From the IMG/VR virus record IMGVR_UViG_3300012894_000014, positions 1 to 38,152 of that record: a stretch of DNA of 38,152 bases; one strand, written 5' to 3'. The DNA is from a virus (lineage: Duplodnaviria > Caudoviricetes). The notes beneath the pieces are model-generated. The model searched no databases. It was not told where the DNA came from and saw only the letters and a program-made list of their open reading frames with translations. Numbering within the stretch: the stretch's first letter is position 1; each line of letters starts with the position of its first letter. A program made the position numbers and the translations under genes. Positions 7,349 to 16,795 of the stretch are shown here, in pieces.

Positions 7349-9818
7349 CCTCTTCCCCAAAATCACCGCTACCACCGGCGGCCAGCACTTGGAGCTGGCG
7401 CAGGTGCTGGCCGGCATCGCCAGTGGCCAGTGGCGTGAGGCTGTTGAGGCAGTGCGCCAGCACGAAGCTGGTAGCGACGCCTACGACGCGGCCAAGCGTG
7501 CCCTGCCCTACTTCACCCCGTCCGGCACCTTTGAGCGCCGGGCGGTGGGTGGCCTCGTCGAGCACTCGGGCTTTATGAGCCTGGACCTCGACGCCAAGCC
7601 TAACCCAGACACGGATTGGACACGTGTCCGAACCGCCATCGAAGCTGACGAGCACACCTACGCCGTATTTACCAGCACCGGCGGTGTGGGGCTGTGCGTC
7701 ATCGTGCCGGTGCCGACCACCCACCACCTAGCCAGCTTTCGGGCGCTGGAGGCCTACTACGCCGAGCGCTTTAGCGTGCGCATCGACCAAAGCTGCAAGG
7801 ATGTGTCACGGGCCCGCTTCGTGAGCTACGACCCGGCCCTGCGCATCAACGAAGGTGCCGAGACCTTTGCCGAGCTGGTAGAGGATACCAAGCCTAAGAC
7901 TACCCCGCCCCGCGCCCAGCCGGTCGAGCCAGCAGCGCCCGTGCGTGACTTCGAAGCCGATAAAATTGCGGTGGCAGTCGGCATGATTCGAGATGCTGTA
8001 GATGGTGGCAAACACAAAAAGGTGGCAGATGCTGGTTACCTCTTAGGCGGCTATATCGCTAGCGGCTTCGTCGATGAGCAGCGAGCATTTGATGCACTCA
8101 TGAGTGCTGTGCTGGCAAAAGAGAACGTGACCAGTGTCAAAAATGCGGAGGAAGCCATCCGCTCCGGCTTTCGCAAGGGCGCCGAGTTTCCACTGTTGCC
8201 TACTTCTACTCGGCTCTATGTGCGTGAGCGGCGTGCCGAGGGCATGGGTGCCGATGCTATCACGGCAGGACTAGCTGCCCGCGAAGGCATTAGCTCTACT
8301 TTACTAGCCCCAGCGGTAAGTAACATCTTCTTGAATGTAACGCCTGAGTTACTCACCTTCTGGAAGAAAAAGCCTACGCCCAAGCGTGATGGCTATAAGC
8401 TCGACCTTGACCGTGATAAGCTGCTGGCCTGGTTACACGCCGAAGGGTTTCGCGCTATGCCCGATGGCAAGGATGTGCTGCTGTTGCGGGTGCTCGACAA
8501 CATCGTTTTCCCGATGGAGCGGCCAGCCATCAAGCATCATGTGCGGGCGTTCGTGCGCACGCTGCCCGATGAGTTCGACGAGGACCTGACGCCCGACCGC
8601 ATCATGGACTTGCTACTGACTCAGCTACGCGGGGCCTTCGACCAGGAACTGTTGCATTTGCTTGAGCCACTTACGGGCGAGTTCGTGCGGGACAGGGCCA
8701 CCAGCTGCTACACGTTTTTTGAAAATTGCTGGGTAGAGACCACAGCCGCCGGACGCACCCCGCGCCCCTACGCCGAACTACCTGGCCTGATTCACGCCAG
8801 CCAGCGCCGGACGCACCCCTTCGTGTGGCTCAACGATGATGCGGCAAAGCAGTGTGACTTCTTCACTTTTACCCAGCGGGTGACCGGTGACTCGGCCGAA
8901 CCGCTGAGTCAACTACAGCGCGCCTTGGGCTACCTCAGCCATTCCTATAAGGACATCACTAATGCCCGTTGCGTGATTTTTATGGATAAAATCGGCGAGG
9001 TAGGCAAGAGTAGTGGCGGCACAGGCAAAGGTTTGCTGATGCAGGCAGTGGCCCAGCTGGTAGAAGTAGCAGAGCTCAAAGGCGAAACGTTCGACCTGCG
9101 CGATGCCTTCCGCTACGAGGAAGTGAGTGACACGGCCAAGGTGGTATTCTTCGACGAGTGGCGCCCGCAGCGCAACCCACTAACGGTGCTATTCTCGGAA
9201 ATCACAGGCGGGCTGCCCATCAACCGCAAGTACCAGGCTAAGAAAACCATACCTTTCAAGGATTCACCTAAATTCTCTATTGCCACCAACGACGTGGTGA
9301 CGGGGGATGATGACAGCACGCTACGCCGGCGGGTAGATATCGCCCTGACTAAACGCTACTCTGCTGAGTTCACGCCGAAGGATGAGTTTGGCACTGGCTT
9401 CTTTGGCGAGTACTGGGACTCCGCCGAGTATAACCGTTTTTTCAACTTGGCCCTGATGTGGGTCCAGGATTACCTGGCCAATGGCCTGCTGCTTTTGCAC
9501 GATGAGAGCATCGCCGCGCGCGGCCTGGTGCAGGATGTAGGCGTGACCTTCCACGAGTTCGCCACCGACCTCTGGCAGCTGGCCCAGGCCCAGGCGGCCG
9601 AGGGCAAGGACGCTCCGCTGTGGCTCGACGAGGTGCTGGAGGCTTACCAGAAGCAGACTGCCGACAAACGCCTTACGGCCATCACGCTGGGCAAAAAGAT
9701 GACGCAGTACGGCTTCGTGAAGGTGAGGAATGCGGCCCGCCGCTACGGCGACGACAAACGCTTTAAAACCTACTTCGCACTGCCCGGACAGGAGGAAAAA
9801 CTAACCCTCGAATTGTAG
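7335..9818 (+). CDS. Primase-helicase: BT4734/VirE-N-type primase domain plus SF3-like P-loop helicase
   Basis: LPYFTPSGTF..HSGFMSLDLD, FTSTGGVGL and D.SCKDVSRARFVSYDP; then GGTGKG, VFFDE and IATN. Confidence 0.88.
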   Translation: MSMVSLFPKITATTGGQHLELAQVLAGIASGQWREAVEAVRQHEAGSDAYDAAKRALPYFTPSGTFERRAVGGLVEHSGFMSLDLDAKPNPDTDWTRVRTAIEADEHTYAVFTSTGGVGLCVIVPVPTTHHLASFRALEAYYAERFSVRIDQSCKDVSRARFVSYDPALRINEGAETFAELVEDTKPKTTPPRAQPVEPAAPVRDFEADKIAVAVGMIRDAVDGGKHKKVADAGYLLGGYIASGFVDEQRAFDALMSAVLAKENVTSVKNAEEAIRSGFRKGAEFPLLPTSTRLYVRERRAEGMGADAITAGLAAREGISSTLLAPAVSNIFLNVTPELLTFWKKKPTPKRDGYKLDLDRDKLLAWLHAEGFRAMPDGKDVLLLRVLDNIVFPMERPAIKHHVRAFVRTLPDEFDEDLTPDRIMDLLLTQLRGAFDQELLHLLEPLTGEFVRDRATSCYTFFENCWVETTAAGRTPRPYAELPGLIHASQRRTHPFVWLNDDAAKQCDFFTFTQRVTGDSAEPLSQLQRALGYLSHSYKDITNARCVIFMDKIGEVGKSSGGTGKGLLMQAVAQLVEVAELKGETFDLRDAFRYEEVSDTAKVVFFDEWRPQRNPLTVLFSEITGGLPINRKYQAKKTIPFKDSPKFSIATNDVVTGDDDSTLRRRVDIALTKRYSAEFTPKDEFGTGFFGEYWDSAEYNRFFNLALMWVQDYLANGLLLLHDESIAARGLVQDVGVTFHEFATDLWQLAQAQAAEGKDAPLWLDEVLEAYQKQTADKRLTAITLGKKMTQYGFVKVRNAARRYGDDKRFKTYFALPGQEEKLTLEL

Positions 9819-10111
9819 GCACCAAAAGTAGGCACCACCCAAAAACCGCCTTAGCGCACTAGTAAGGGCATTTTTTTAGGGGTGGTGCCTACTCTGGAGT
9901 AAGCACCAAAACTTTCTCTATAGTGAATAACACCCCTTATTATTAATTATATCCTATTTCAAACGCGAGTAACTAAGTAAAATACAAAAAATAAAATTAT
10001 AGTAAAAGGTTTTGGTGCCTACTCTAAAGTAAGCACCAAGCCCAAAAAACACCCTTTAAAATATCGCAAACGCGGTTTTTCCTGGTGCCTACTTTCTGGT
10101 GCCTACTTTTT
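9815..10111. repeat. Putative replication origin: 8 copies of TGGTGCYTAC(T) in dyad symmetry around an AT-rich core
   Basis: Copies near 9815, 9827, 9883, 9898, 10013, 10028, 10083 and 10098; directly after the primase gene. Confidence 0.75.
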
Positions 10112-10126
10112 TAACCATCTAAATCC

Positions 10127-10447
10127 ATGAAATACCAAGCCATCCCAACCCATTTTCTAGCCAATGATGAGCTAGTAGATTTTTTACTGAGCAACGGCTA
10201 CAAAGAGAGTTTCAAAGATGTGGAGGAAGGCGCCCGGCTGTTCGTGGGGCCAGCTCGTCGAGAGGTCTACTTCGTCAGCATGGGTGGTGGGCTTATGCTC
10301 TATACCCCAAAGAGTGGCTACAACTGCGGGCCAGCCATTGCCTCAGTAGCTCTGCTCTTTTGGATGCAGCAAAACCCAGAGAACGTTGGGCAGCGCGAAG
10401 TGATGGACTTGTTGACTCGGGCCGAAATATTCTACCGCGCATCATAA
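10127..10447 (+). CDS. Hypothetical protein
   Basis: Clean ORF; TAATG coupling to the next gene. Confidence 0.7.
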   Translation: MKYQAIPTHFLANDELVDFLLSNGYKESFKDVEEGARLFVGPARREVYFVSMGGGLMLYTPKSGYNCGPAIASVALLFWMQQNPENVGQREVMDLLTRAEIFYRAS

Positions 10448-10902
10448 TGGCCGCCCCCTTCACGCCCCTCACCGGCCCCGACTTTGGCCAGGCTACTACG
10501 GCCCCCGAGTCCCGCTACATCATGCCCACCCCCGAGGCGCAAGCCCTATTCTCCGAGGCCCGCCTGGGTCAGGAATGTGGGCTGTGGCTGCAGGACTATA
10601 ACCGCGCTGCCTACCGCGTTTTCTTTCACATCCCTAACGGCGGCCTACGGACTGCTGTGGAAGGCGCCAGCTTCAAGGCCCAGCACGCCAAGGCGGGGGT
10701 GCCGGATTACTTCTTGGCGTGGCAAAAAGATGATGGCGTGTGGCAGTATGCCGGCCTCTTCATCGAGCTCAAAACCCGCACTGGCCGCGTAGCACCCGCT
10801 CAGACTGCCTGGCACCAGTTGCTACGGCAGCAGGGCTACCGCTGTGAGGTGGTGCGCAGCCTGCCTGAGTTCATCAGCCTGCTAACGGAATACTTGGGAT
10901 GA
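10447..10902 (+). CDS. VRR-NUC domain nuclease
   Basis: FHIPNGG, AGVPD, FIELK..GR..P.Q..W and GY..EVVRS motifs. Confidence 0.9.
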   Translation: MAAPFTPLTGPDFGQATTAPESRYIMPTPEAQALFSEARLGQECGLWLQDYNRAAYRVFFHIPNGGLRTAVEGASFKAQHAKAGVPDYFLAWQKDDGVWQYAGLFIELKTRTGRVAPAQTAWHQLLRQQGYRCEVVRSLPEFISLLTEYLG

Positions 10903-11069
10903 ACCCCAGCGCCTACGTCACCCGCCCGGCGGCCCACGCCACGCCCAGGCTCATCGCCTACCGCAAGGCCTTGCTCGGCATGAAGTACCGCCCGCCCCGC
11001 AGCCAGCGGCTGCTAGCCGCCATCACAGCTGAACTGGAAAAGCGGCCTGACTACTTACCCACCACCTAG
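10899..11069 (+). CDS. 56-aa basic hypothetical protein
   Basis: Read directly (MNPSAYVTRP...PDYLPTT); ATGA overlap. Confidence 0.55.
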   Translation: MNPSAYVTRPAAHATPRLIAYRKALLGMKYRPPRSQRLLAAITAELEKRPDYLPTT

Positions 11070-11080
11070 TTTCTGCCCCC

Positions 11081-11470
11081 ATGCCGCCCGCCTACAACCC
11101 CACTGAGCACCTGCCCCCGCCCATTGATTTGCTGCCTACGCTACGCGTATGCTACATCGGCCGCGAGTACGACGGGCAGTACCGCGTTTACCTTAGCCGT
11201 GCCCTGGCCGATAAGCTGGGCTTAAAGCAACGGCAGCCAATCGACCTCATCCCGCCCTCTGGCCGCAGCCCTTACTGGCACCTGGACTTACGCCCGCAAG
11301 CCAAGCGCCGGGTAGCGTGGTATGTCGGCAGCCGCCCGCGCATCGCCAGCATGAAGTTACCTCGCGGCCTAGTAAAGCCCCAAAAGCCCCTGGTGCTAGA
11401 ACTGCTGCCTGGCCTGCCCGCCTACGAAGGCTACTATCCCATGCTTCCTTCCTACCGCCTATACCCCTAG
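11081..11470 (+). CDS. Hypothetical protein, possible AbrB/SpoVT-like DNA-binding fold
   Basis: YRVYLSRALADKLGLKQRQPIDL resembles the AbrB pattern; located at the early/late boundary. Confidence 0.55.
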   Translation: MPPAYNPTEHLPPPIDLLPTLRVCYIGREYDGQYRVYLSRALADKLGLKQRQPIDLIPPSGRSPYWHLDLRPQAKRRVAWYVGSRPRIASMKLPRGLVKPQKPLVLELLPGLPAYEGYYPMLPSYRLYP

Positions 11471-11472
11471 CT

Positions 11473-11793
11473 ATGCCCAGCCTGCCACCCGCTAAGCGCC
11501 GCCCCTGGCAACCTACCCCACCCAAGCGGGAGTACGCCCCCCACGCAGCCCGCAGTCCGGAGTACAGCACCGCCCGCTGGCAGGCAGCACGACTAGCCCA
11601 GCTCAAGCGCTGCCCCTGCTGTGTGGAGTGCACCAAGCAGGGCCGCACTACGCCCGCTACAGTGGCCGACCATATCACGCCCGTGCGGCTAGGCGGTGCC
11701 TTCTACGACCCTGCTAATCATCAGTCGCTGTGCCGCCCCTGCCACCAAAGCAAGAGTGCGTCAGAGCGAACCATTCAGTCAGCCCAACCATGA
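11473..11793 (+). CDS. Terminase-associated HNH endonuclease (HK97 gp74-like)
   Basis: CVEC..ATVADHITP..N.QSLCRPCHQSKS; upstream of terS. Confidence 0.92.
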   Translation: MPSLPPAKRRPWQPTPPKREYAPHAARSPEYSTARWQAARLAQLKRCPCCVECTKQGRTTPATVADHITPVRLGGAFYDPANHQSLCRPCHQSKSASERTIQSAQP

Positions 11794-12029
11794 AGCGATT
11801 TACTACCAGCGTTACGCACTGCGCACGGTGTGGAGGTGACCACCTAGCGGTTGAGTTCATCCCTTTTGCCTACCCACCAGCCGATACGACCCACTGGGGC
11901 ACCTGCCAGAAGACTGGCGACCCCATTCTAATGGTAGTGAAGCAAGTGGAGGTGTTGGTGCCCGCAGAAGAGCCGAAAACACCCCCAAGGGGGGTGTTTT
12001 CTTCAGGCGTCGTCATCGCTAGACCGTAG
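11790..12029 (+). CDS. Hypothetical Zn-ribbon-like protein
   Basis: CARCGGDH..HWGTC; ATGA overlap with the HNH gene. Confidence 0.55.
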   Translation: MKRFTTSVTHCARCGGDHLAVEFIPFAYPPADTTHWGTCQKTGDPILMVVKQVEVLVPAEEPKTPPRGVFSSGVVIARP

Positions 12030-12056
12030 CCCTGAGTCAAATTTTCACGCTGTCAG
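11981..12056. other. Candidate cos (packaging) region
   Basis: G-run ... GACCG ... TCAAATTTTCACGC layout between HNH and P27-type terS, as in related cos phages. Confidence 0.5.
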
Positions 12057-12104
12057 GTTAGAGTGTTTTTTCATAGATTGTATTTTACAAACATTTATTG
12101 CATT

Positions 12105-12584
12105 ATGCCCGGCCCACCCCCCAAACCAGCCCGTCAGAAGCTCTTAGAGGGCACGCACCGCCGGGACCGCGAGGCACCGGGCGCGTTGGACTTCGACCCT
12201 ACCAAGGACCTGCCAGCACCCCCAGATGACTTGCGGCCAGAGGCAGCGCAACAATGCTGGAAAGTGTGTGCGCAGGAGTTGCACGCCAAGGGCATGCTGG
12301 CGACAGTTGACCTCGCCCTGCTGCGCGCCTACTGCTATCAAGTGGCCCTGATGTTGGAGGCAGAGGAAGAGCTAGAGTTGAACGGCAAAACCGAAACGCG
12401 CCACACCGCCAACGGCTCGCACCAGGTGCGCTCGCCTTGGGTGGCCATCCTGTCGGATGCTACCGAGAAGGTCAATAAAATTGGCCAGCAATTCGGCTTT
12501 AGCCCGGCTAGCCGCACGCGCATCAGCGCACCGGAGAAACCCAAGGAAGATGCTAAAAGCGGCTTTGCCGCATTTCGTAAATGA
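12105..12584 (+). CDS. Terminase small subunit, P27 family
   Basis: MPGPPPKP..LEG, D.ALL.AYC, SPW and FGFSPASRTRI motifs. Confidence 0.93.
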   Translation: MPGPPPKPARQKLLEGTHRRDREAPGALDFDPTKDLPAPPDDLRPEAAQQCWKVCAQELHAKGMLATVDLALLRAYCYQVALMLEAEEELELNGKTETRHTANGSHQVRSPWVAILSDATEKVNKIGQQFGFSPASRTRISAPEKPKEDAKSGFAAFRK

Positions 12585-12772
12585 GTAACTTGTCTGAACA
12601 TTCTACGGCCCAGATAGAGGCTGAGCTGGTGCGCCGAGGCCAACGCCGCGAACAGATTTGTCCGACCTGCAACGCGTGGGCGGCCTATATGGGCTGTTCG
12701 CGTAGCTGGCGGGAAGAACTTCACTGCTGCGGCTGCCGAAAGGCTGTGGCGCTTTGCACCTGCCGTCGATGA
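12581..12772 (+). CDS. 63-aa Cys-rich protein between terS and terL
   Basis: ATGA overlaps on both sides; CPTC..CCGC..CTC. Confidence 0.65.
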   Translation: MSNLSEHSTAQIEAELVRRGQRREQICPTCNAWAAYMGCSRSWREELHCCGCRKAVALCTCRR

Positions 12773-14493
12773 GCAAGCCCCGCAACTACATTGCCATTGC
12801 CAACCAGTATATTGAAGACGTGCTCAGCGGGCGCGTGCTGGCGTGTGAGCTAGTGCAGCTGGCCTGCCAGCGGCAGCGCAACGACCTGCAGCGCGAGGGC
12901 ACCGACGAATTCCCTTACTGGTTTGATGAGGAAGAGGCGGCCAAACCCTGCGCCTTTATTGAACTGCTGCCCCACATTGAGGGTGAGTGGGCCAAGAAAA
13001 AGCTGAAGCTCATTCTAGAGCCGTGGCAAATATTTATCATTACTTGCCTATTCGGCTGGCTGAAAGAGGATGGTAACCGGCGCTTTGTAAAAGCGTACAT
13101 TGAGGTGGCCAAGAAGAACGGCAAGAGCGCCCTGGCCTCGGGCTTGGCGCTGTATATGCTGGCCGCCGACGGTGAGGAGGGCCCGCAGGTATATTCGGGC
13201 GCCACCCGGCGCGAGCAAGCGGCCATCACCTGGGAGGTCAGCCGCAAAATGGTGGAGAAATCACCCGATTTGCAGCGCGAGTTAGGGGTGAAGGTGAGCG
13301 CCAACACCATTTACTGCGAGCTGAACGGCGGTATTTACCGGGCGCTCAGCAAGGAAAAGGGCGGCAACCAGGACGGCATCAACACCCATTTCGGGCTCGC
13401 TGACGAGTTGCACGCCCACCCGAAGCCCGACTTGGTGGAGAACATGGAAACCAGCATGGCGGCCCGGGCCCAGGCTATGCTTTTTCAGATTACTACCGCC
13501 GGTTTTAACCTGGCTGGCGTGTGCTTCAACACACGGGCGCTGTGCGTGAAAATATTGAAGGAGGTAGTAGACGCCGAGCACTATTTTGCCATTGTCTTTA
13601 CCATCGACGAGGAAGATGATTGGACTGACCCGGCGGTGTGGCCAAAGTCCAATCCAAACTGGGGCGTCTCCATCGACCCCAAGAAGTTCGCTGCTGAAGC
13701 GGCTGAGGCTAAGGCCGATTCGACCAAGGAGGGATACTTTGTTACAAAGCGCCTGAATGTCTGGCGCAACGCCAAGGCCGCTTGGATGAATATGATAGCC
13801 TGGAAAACCTGCGCCAGCCCTGGCCTGAAGCTGGAAGATTACGCCGGCGAGGAGTGCTACGTTGGGCTGGATTTGGCTAATTCTACTGACATCGCGGCCC
13901 TGGTTTTTATCATCATTCGCAGCAATCAGGTGGTAGTTATTCCGCGCTTTTACTTGCCCGAGGCTGAGGCCGAAACTGGCGAGGGCGCCCACTACGCCGG
14001 CTGGGCCATCGACGGGTTTCTGACGCTCACGCCCGGTAACGTGACGGACCAGAACCTAATTCAGGATGATTTGCGGGCCGCTGCTAGCGTGGTGCACATC
14101 AAGGGCCTAGCCTATGACCCCTGGCAGGCCAAGAAGTTTGCCACCGAGATTCAGAAGGAAGGTATCGAGACTATTGAGTACCGCAACACGGTGCCCAACT
14201 TCAGTGCGCCTATGAAATCCGTTTTTGCCATGGTGAAGGACGCGCTTACGAGCGAAGAGAAGCGTAGTGCCAAGAACTACCAACTGGTGCACGACGGCAA
14301 TCCCGTAATGACGTGGATGATGAGCAACGTCGTGGCCGTACTGGACGCGAAAGACAATATTTATCCGCGCAAGGAGCAGGCTAAAAATAAGATTGACGGG
14401 CCGGTGGCTCTCATTACGGCCGTTGGGGCCTGGGGCGGCTTTGAGGGGCAGCCTGAAAGTGTTTATGAAACGCGCGGCTTACGTCAGCTATAG
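12769..14493 (+). CDS. Terminase large subunit (Terminase_1 type)
   Basis: LEPWQ, VAKKNGKS, ADELH, ITTAG, GLDLA, YDPW and KIDGPVA motifs. Confidence 0.97.
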   Translation: MSKPRNYIAIANQYIEDVLSGRVLACELVQLACQRQRNDLQREGTDEFPYWFDEEEAAKPCAFIELLPHIEGEWAKKKLKLILEPWQIFIITCLFGWLKEDGNRRFVKAYIEVAKKNGKSALASGLALYMLAADGEEGPQVYSGATRREQAAITWEVSRKMVEKSPDLQRELGVKVSANTIYCELNGGIYRALSKEKGGNQDGINTHFGLADELHAHPKPDLVENMETSMAARAQAMLFQITTAGFNLAGVCFNTRALCVKILKEVVDAEHYFAIVFTIDEEDDWTDPAVWPKSNPNWGVSIDPKKFAAEAAEAKADSTKEGYFVTKRLNVWRNAKAAWMNMIAWKTCASPGLKLEDYAGEECYVGLDLANSTDIAALVFIIIRSNQVVVIPRFYLPEAEAETGEGAHYAGWAIDGFLTLTPGNVTDQNLIQDDLRAAASVVHIKGLAYDPWQAKKFATEIQKEGIETIEYRNTVPNFSAPMKSVFAMVKDALTSEEKRSAKNYQLVHDGNPVMTWMMSNVVAVLDAKDNIYPRKEQAKNKIDGPVALITAVGAWGGFEGQPESVYETRGLRQL

Positions 14494-14496
14494 GCC

Positions 14497-14555
14497 GCTT
14501 TCCCTGCTTTTCCCCGCTCTTCGTTGCACCCCGCCTAGGGGCGGTCGGAGCTTTG
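14497..14555 (+). promoter_or_regulatory. Candidate late promoter, copy 1
   Basis: GCTTTCCCTGCTTTTCCCCGC-N28-CGGAGCTTTG upstream of the portal gene. Confidence 0.7.
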
Positions 14556-14577
14556 ACACAGTTCAAGCCCCGCTCCC

Positions 14578-15891
14578 GTGTCCTTCTGGAATAATGTATT
14601 TTCCCGGTCTGCTGCTACCCCGCTCCAAGCGGCGGTATCAGAGGCACGTGAGCAGCGCAGTGCGGGCGTAGTTGAATCGGTCAGCACCGAAAGCAATGAT
14701 ACGCGGCTGTTGAGCATTCTGGGTCTGGCCACCGGGCCGGTGCTGTCGGTACCCGTTACCCAGCAATCGGTAATGGGCATCGCCGCCGCCTACGCCTGCG
14801 TCAACAATATCAGCCAGGACGTGGCTGGGCTGCCTTGCCAGTTATTTCGCAGCACCGACGCCGGCCGCGAGCGCGTGAGCGGCCACCCAGCCGACAACCT
14901 GCTCAACCTACAGGCCAGCGGGCTGCAAAGCAGCTTCCACTTTCGGCAGTCCATGACGGCTCTGACGCTGCTACGAGGTAATGCCTACGCCCAGATTGTG
15001 CGTGGCCCCCGCCAGCGCCCGGTGCAGTTGCTGTTCAAGCATCCCGACGAAACTACCCCTTATAAATCGGGTGGGCGGCTGTGGTACCGTTTCAATGGCG
15101 ACCCCAAGATGTACGCCGACTATGACGTATTGCACCTGAAAGGGCTGAGCCTCGACGGTATGATGGGCGTCAGTGTCATTCACTATTTCCGTGAAACATT
15201 CGGTAAGGGCCTGGCCAACAGTCGGGCGCACGCCAATTTCTACCAGAACGGGGCCAAGCCGTCGGGAGCGCTGGAGATGGATAAGACGCTTAGCGATGCC
15301 GCTGCCAACCGGCTTTCGGCCTCGTTTGCGGCCAAGTACTCGGGGGTGGATAATGCTGGCAAGCCGCTGTTGCTGGAAGAAGGGTTGAAGTACAAGGCTA
15401 TCAGCCTGACGCCTGAGGATGCCGAGTTTATCAGTACCCACAAGCTCACCCGGGCCGATATCGCCAGCATTTTCCGCATGCCGCCGCACAAAATCGGCGA
15501 CTTAGAGCGCAGCACGAACAACAACATCGAGCAGCAAAGCCTCGACTACGTGGGCGATACGCTGCTGCCCATTCTGCTGGCCCAGGAACAGGAGTACCGC
15601 CTGAAGCTTCTCCTCCCTTCGGAGGTGACCGATACCTACTGGCGGCACAACGTCAGCGCCCAGCTGCGGGCCGACGCTACGGCCCGGGCCAATTACCTGC
15701 AAAAGCTGGTGCAGGCCGGCATCCTAACCATCAACGAGGCCCGCGCCCTGGAAGAGCGTAACCGCATTGACGGCGGTGACCGGGCCTTGGTACAGGTCAA
15801 TCAGATGCCGCTCGACAAGATGGACGAAACGCTAGCCGCTCGCAACGCTAAACCCGCTAACACGCCACCCCCGGCGCCCGAAAATGATTAA
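14578..15891 (+). CDS. Portal protein, HK97 family
   Basis: ACV..IS..VA.LP, LLRGNAY, VLHLK, NGAKPSG, IASIFRMPP and TINEAR motifs. Confidence 0.96.
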   Translation: MSFWNNVFSRSAATPLQAAVSEAREQRSAGVVESVSTESNDTRLLSILGLATGPVLSVPVTQQSVMGIAAAYACVNNISQDVAGLPCQLFRSTDAGRERVSGHPADNLLNLQASGLQSSFHFRQSMTALTLLRGNAYAQIVRGPRQRPVQLLFKHPDETTPYKSGGRLWYRFNGDPKMYADYDVLHLKGLSLDGMMGVSVIHYFRETFGKGLANSRAHANFYQNGAKPSGALEMDKTLSDAAANRLSASFAAKYSGVDNAGKPLLLEEGLKYKAISLTPEDAEFISTHKLTRADIASIFRMPPHKIGDLERSTNNNIEQQSLDYVGDTLLPILLAQEQEYRLKLLLPSEVTDTYWRHNVSAQLRADATARANYLQKLVQAGILTINEARALEERNRIDGGDRALVQVNQMPLDKMDETLAARNAKPANTPPPAPEND

Positions 15892-16789
15892 GCTGCCCCA
15901 ACTGCCGGAAGGCCGCGAGATGCGGCTGCTCGGCACCGCCCCCACGATTGAGTACCGCGCTGCCGATGGCGGCGCCCAGGAGCCTGAGGCTTTTGTAGGA
16001 CAAGCTATTGTGTGCGGCGTGCGCTCTAATGTGCTCGGCGGCCCTGGCTTTCGGTTTGTGGAAACCATCGACCCGCACGCGCTGGATGAGGCTGATTACA
16101 GCAATGTCGAGGGTGTGTTCAACCACAACTCCGATGTGCTGCTGGGCCACACCCGCAGCGGCACGCTAGTACTCACGCGCACCCAGGACGGCGGCCTGAG
16201 CTATCGCATCCCCTACGATCCGCTTGACCCCGACCACGTGCGGGTGATGCGCAAAATCACGCGCGGCGACGTGGTGGGCTCCTCGTTCATGTTCACCTGC
16301 GCTTCGGGGGGCAGCGAGTGGGACAATGAGCAGACGCCCGACGGCGGCGACCTCTACGTGCGCACCGTCAGCAAAATCGCCACCGTCTACGATGTGTGCC
16401 CCGTCACCTCGCCCGCCTACTCCGATGCGACGGCCGCTAAGCGCAGCCTTGACTCCTATCAGCAGGAGCACGAAGCCGATGCGCGCATGAAAGGCATGGG
16501 GAAGGGTAAGAAAAAGGCGAAGCGCGCCCTCACGGATGCCGAAAAAGCGGAGCGTAAGCTTTTAGAAGACATGATTCCGCACCATGAAATGGCCGTCGAA
16601 ATGGCTACTACAGCCCTTGAAAAAGTAGAAAACGAAGATATCCGCACCTTTTGTCAAGCTATTATTGATAATCAAGGGGCCGAAATCGAGAAAATGAAGG
16701 AGTGGCTCGCTGCCTTAGATGGCGAGCGGGCTGCACCCACACCTCACGACGACATGCTAGCCCGCGAACTGGAGCTAGCTGCCTACTAA
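15884..16789 (+). CDS. HK97-family prohead protease with inserted DUF305-like module
   Basis: FVETI, FNHN, GSSFMF and DVCPVTSPAY protease motifs; then MIPHHEMAVEMA..II.NQ.AEI..MKEWL. Confidence 0.9.
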   Translation: MIKLPQLPEGREMRLLGTAPTIEYRAADGGAQEPEAFVGQAIVCGVRSNVLGGPGFRFVETIDPHALDEADYSNVEGVFNHNSDVLLGHTRSGTLVLTRTQDGGLSYRIPYDPLDPDHVRVMRKITRGDVVGSSFMFTCASGGSEWDNEQTPDGGDLYVRTVSKIATVYDVCPVTSPAYSDATAAKRSLDSYQQEHEADARMKGMGKGKKKAKRALTDAEKAERKLLEDMIPHHEMAVEMATTALEKVENEDIRTFCQAIIDNQGAEIEKMKEWLAALDGERAAPTPHDDMLARELELAAY

Positions 16790-16795
16790 GCTTTT

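Noticed and set aside
9815-10111. CRISPR array or MITE
   Set aside because: Units are about 11 bp, in both orientations and irregularly spaced; position after the primase gene favours an origin
13282-13992. 236-aa minus-strand ORF and similar long antisense ORFs (19856..20650, 22860..23513, 25776..26429)
   Set aside because: Shadows of well-supported plus-strand genes, expected in high-GC DNA
12769-14493. Intein or intron in the terminase large subunit
   Set aside because: Normal length with continuous motifs; no intein splice-junction residues recognised
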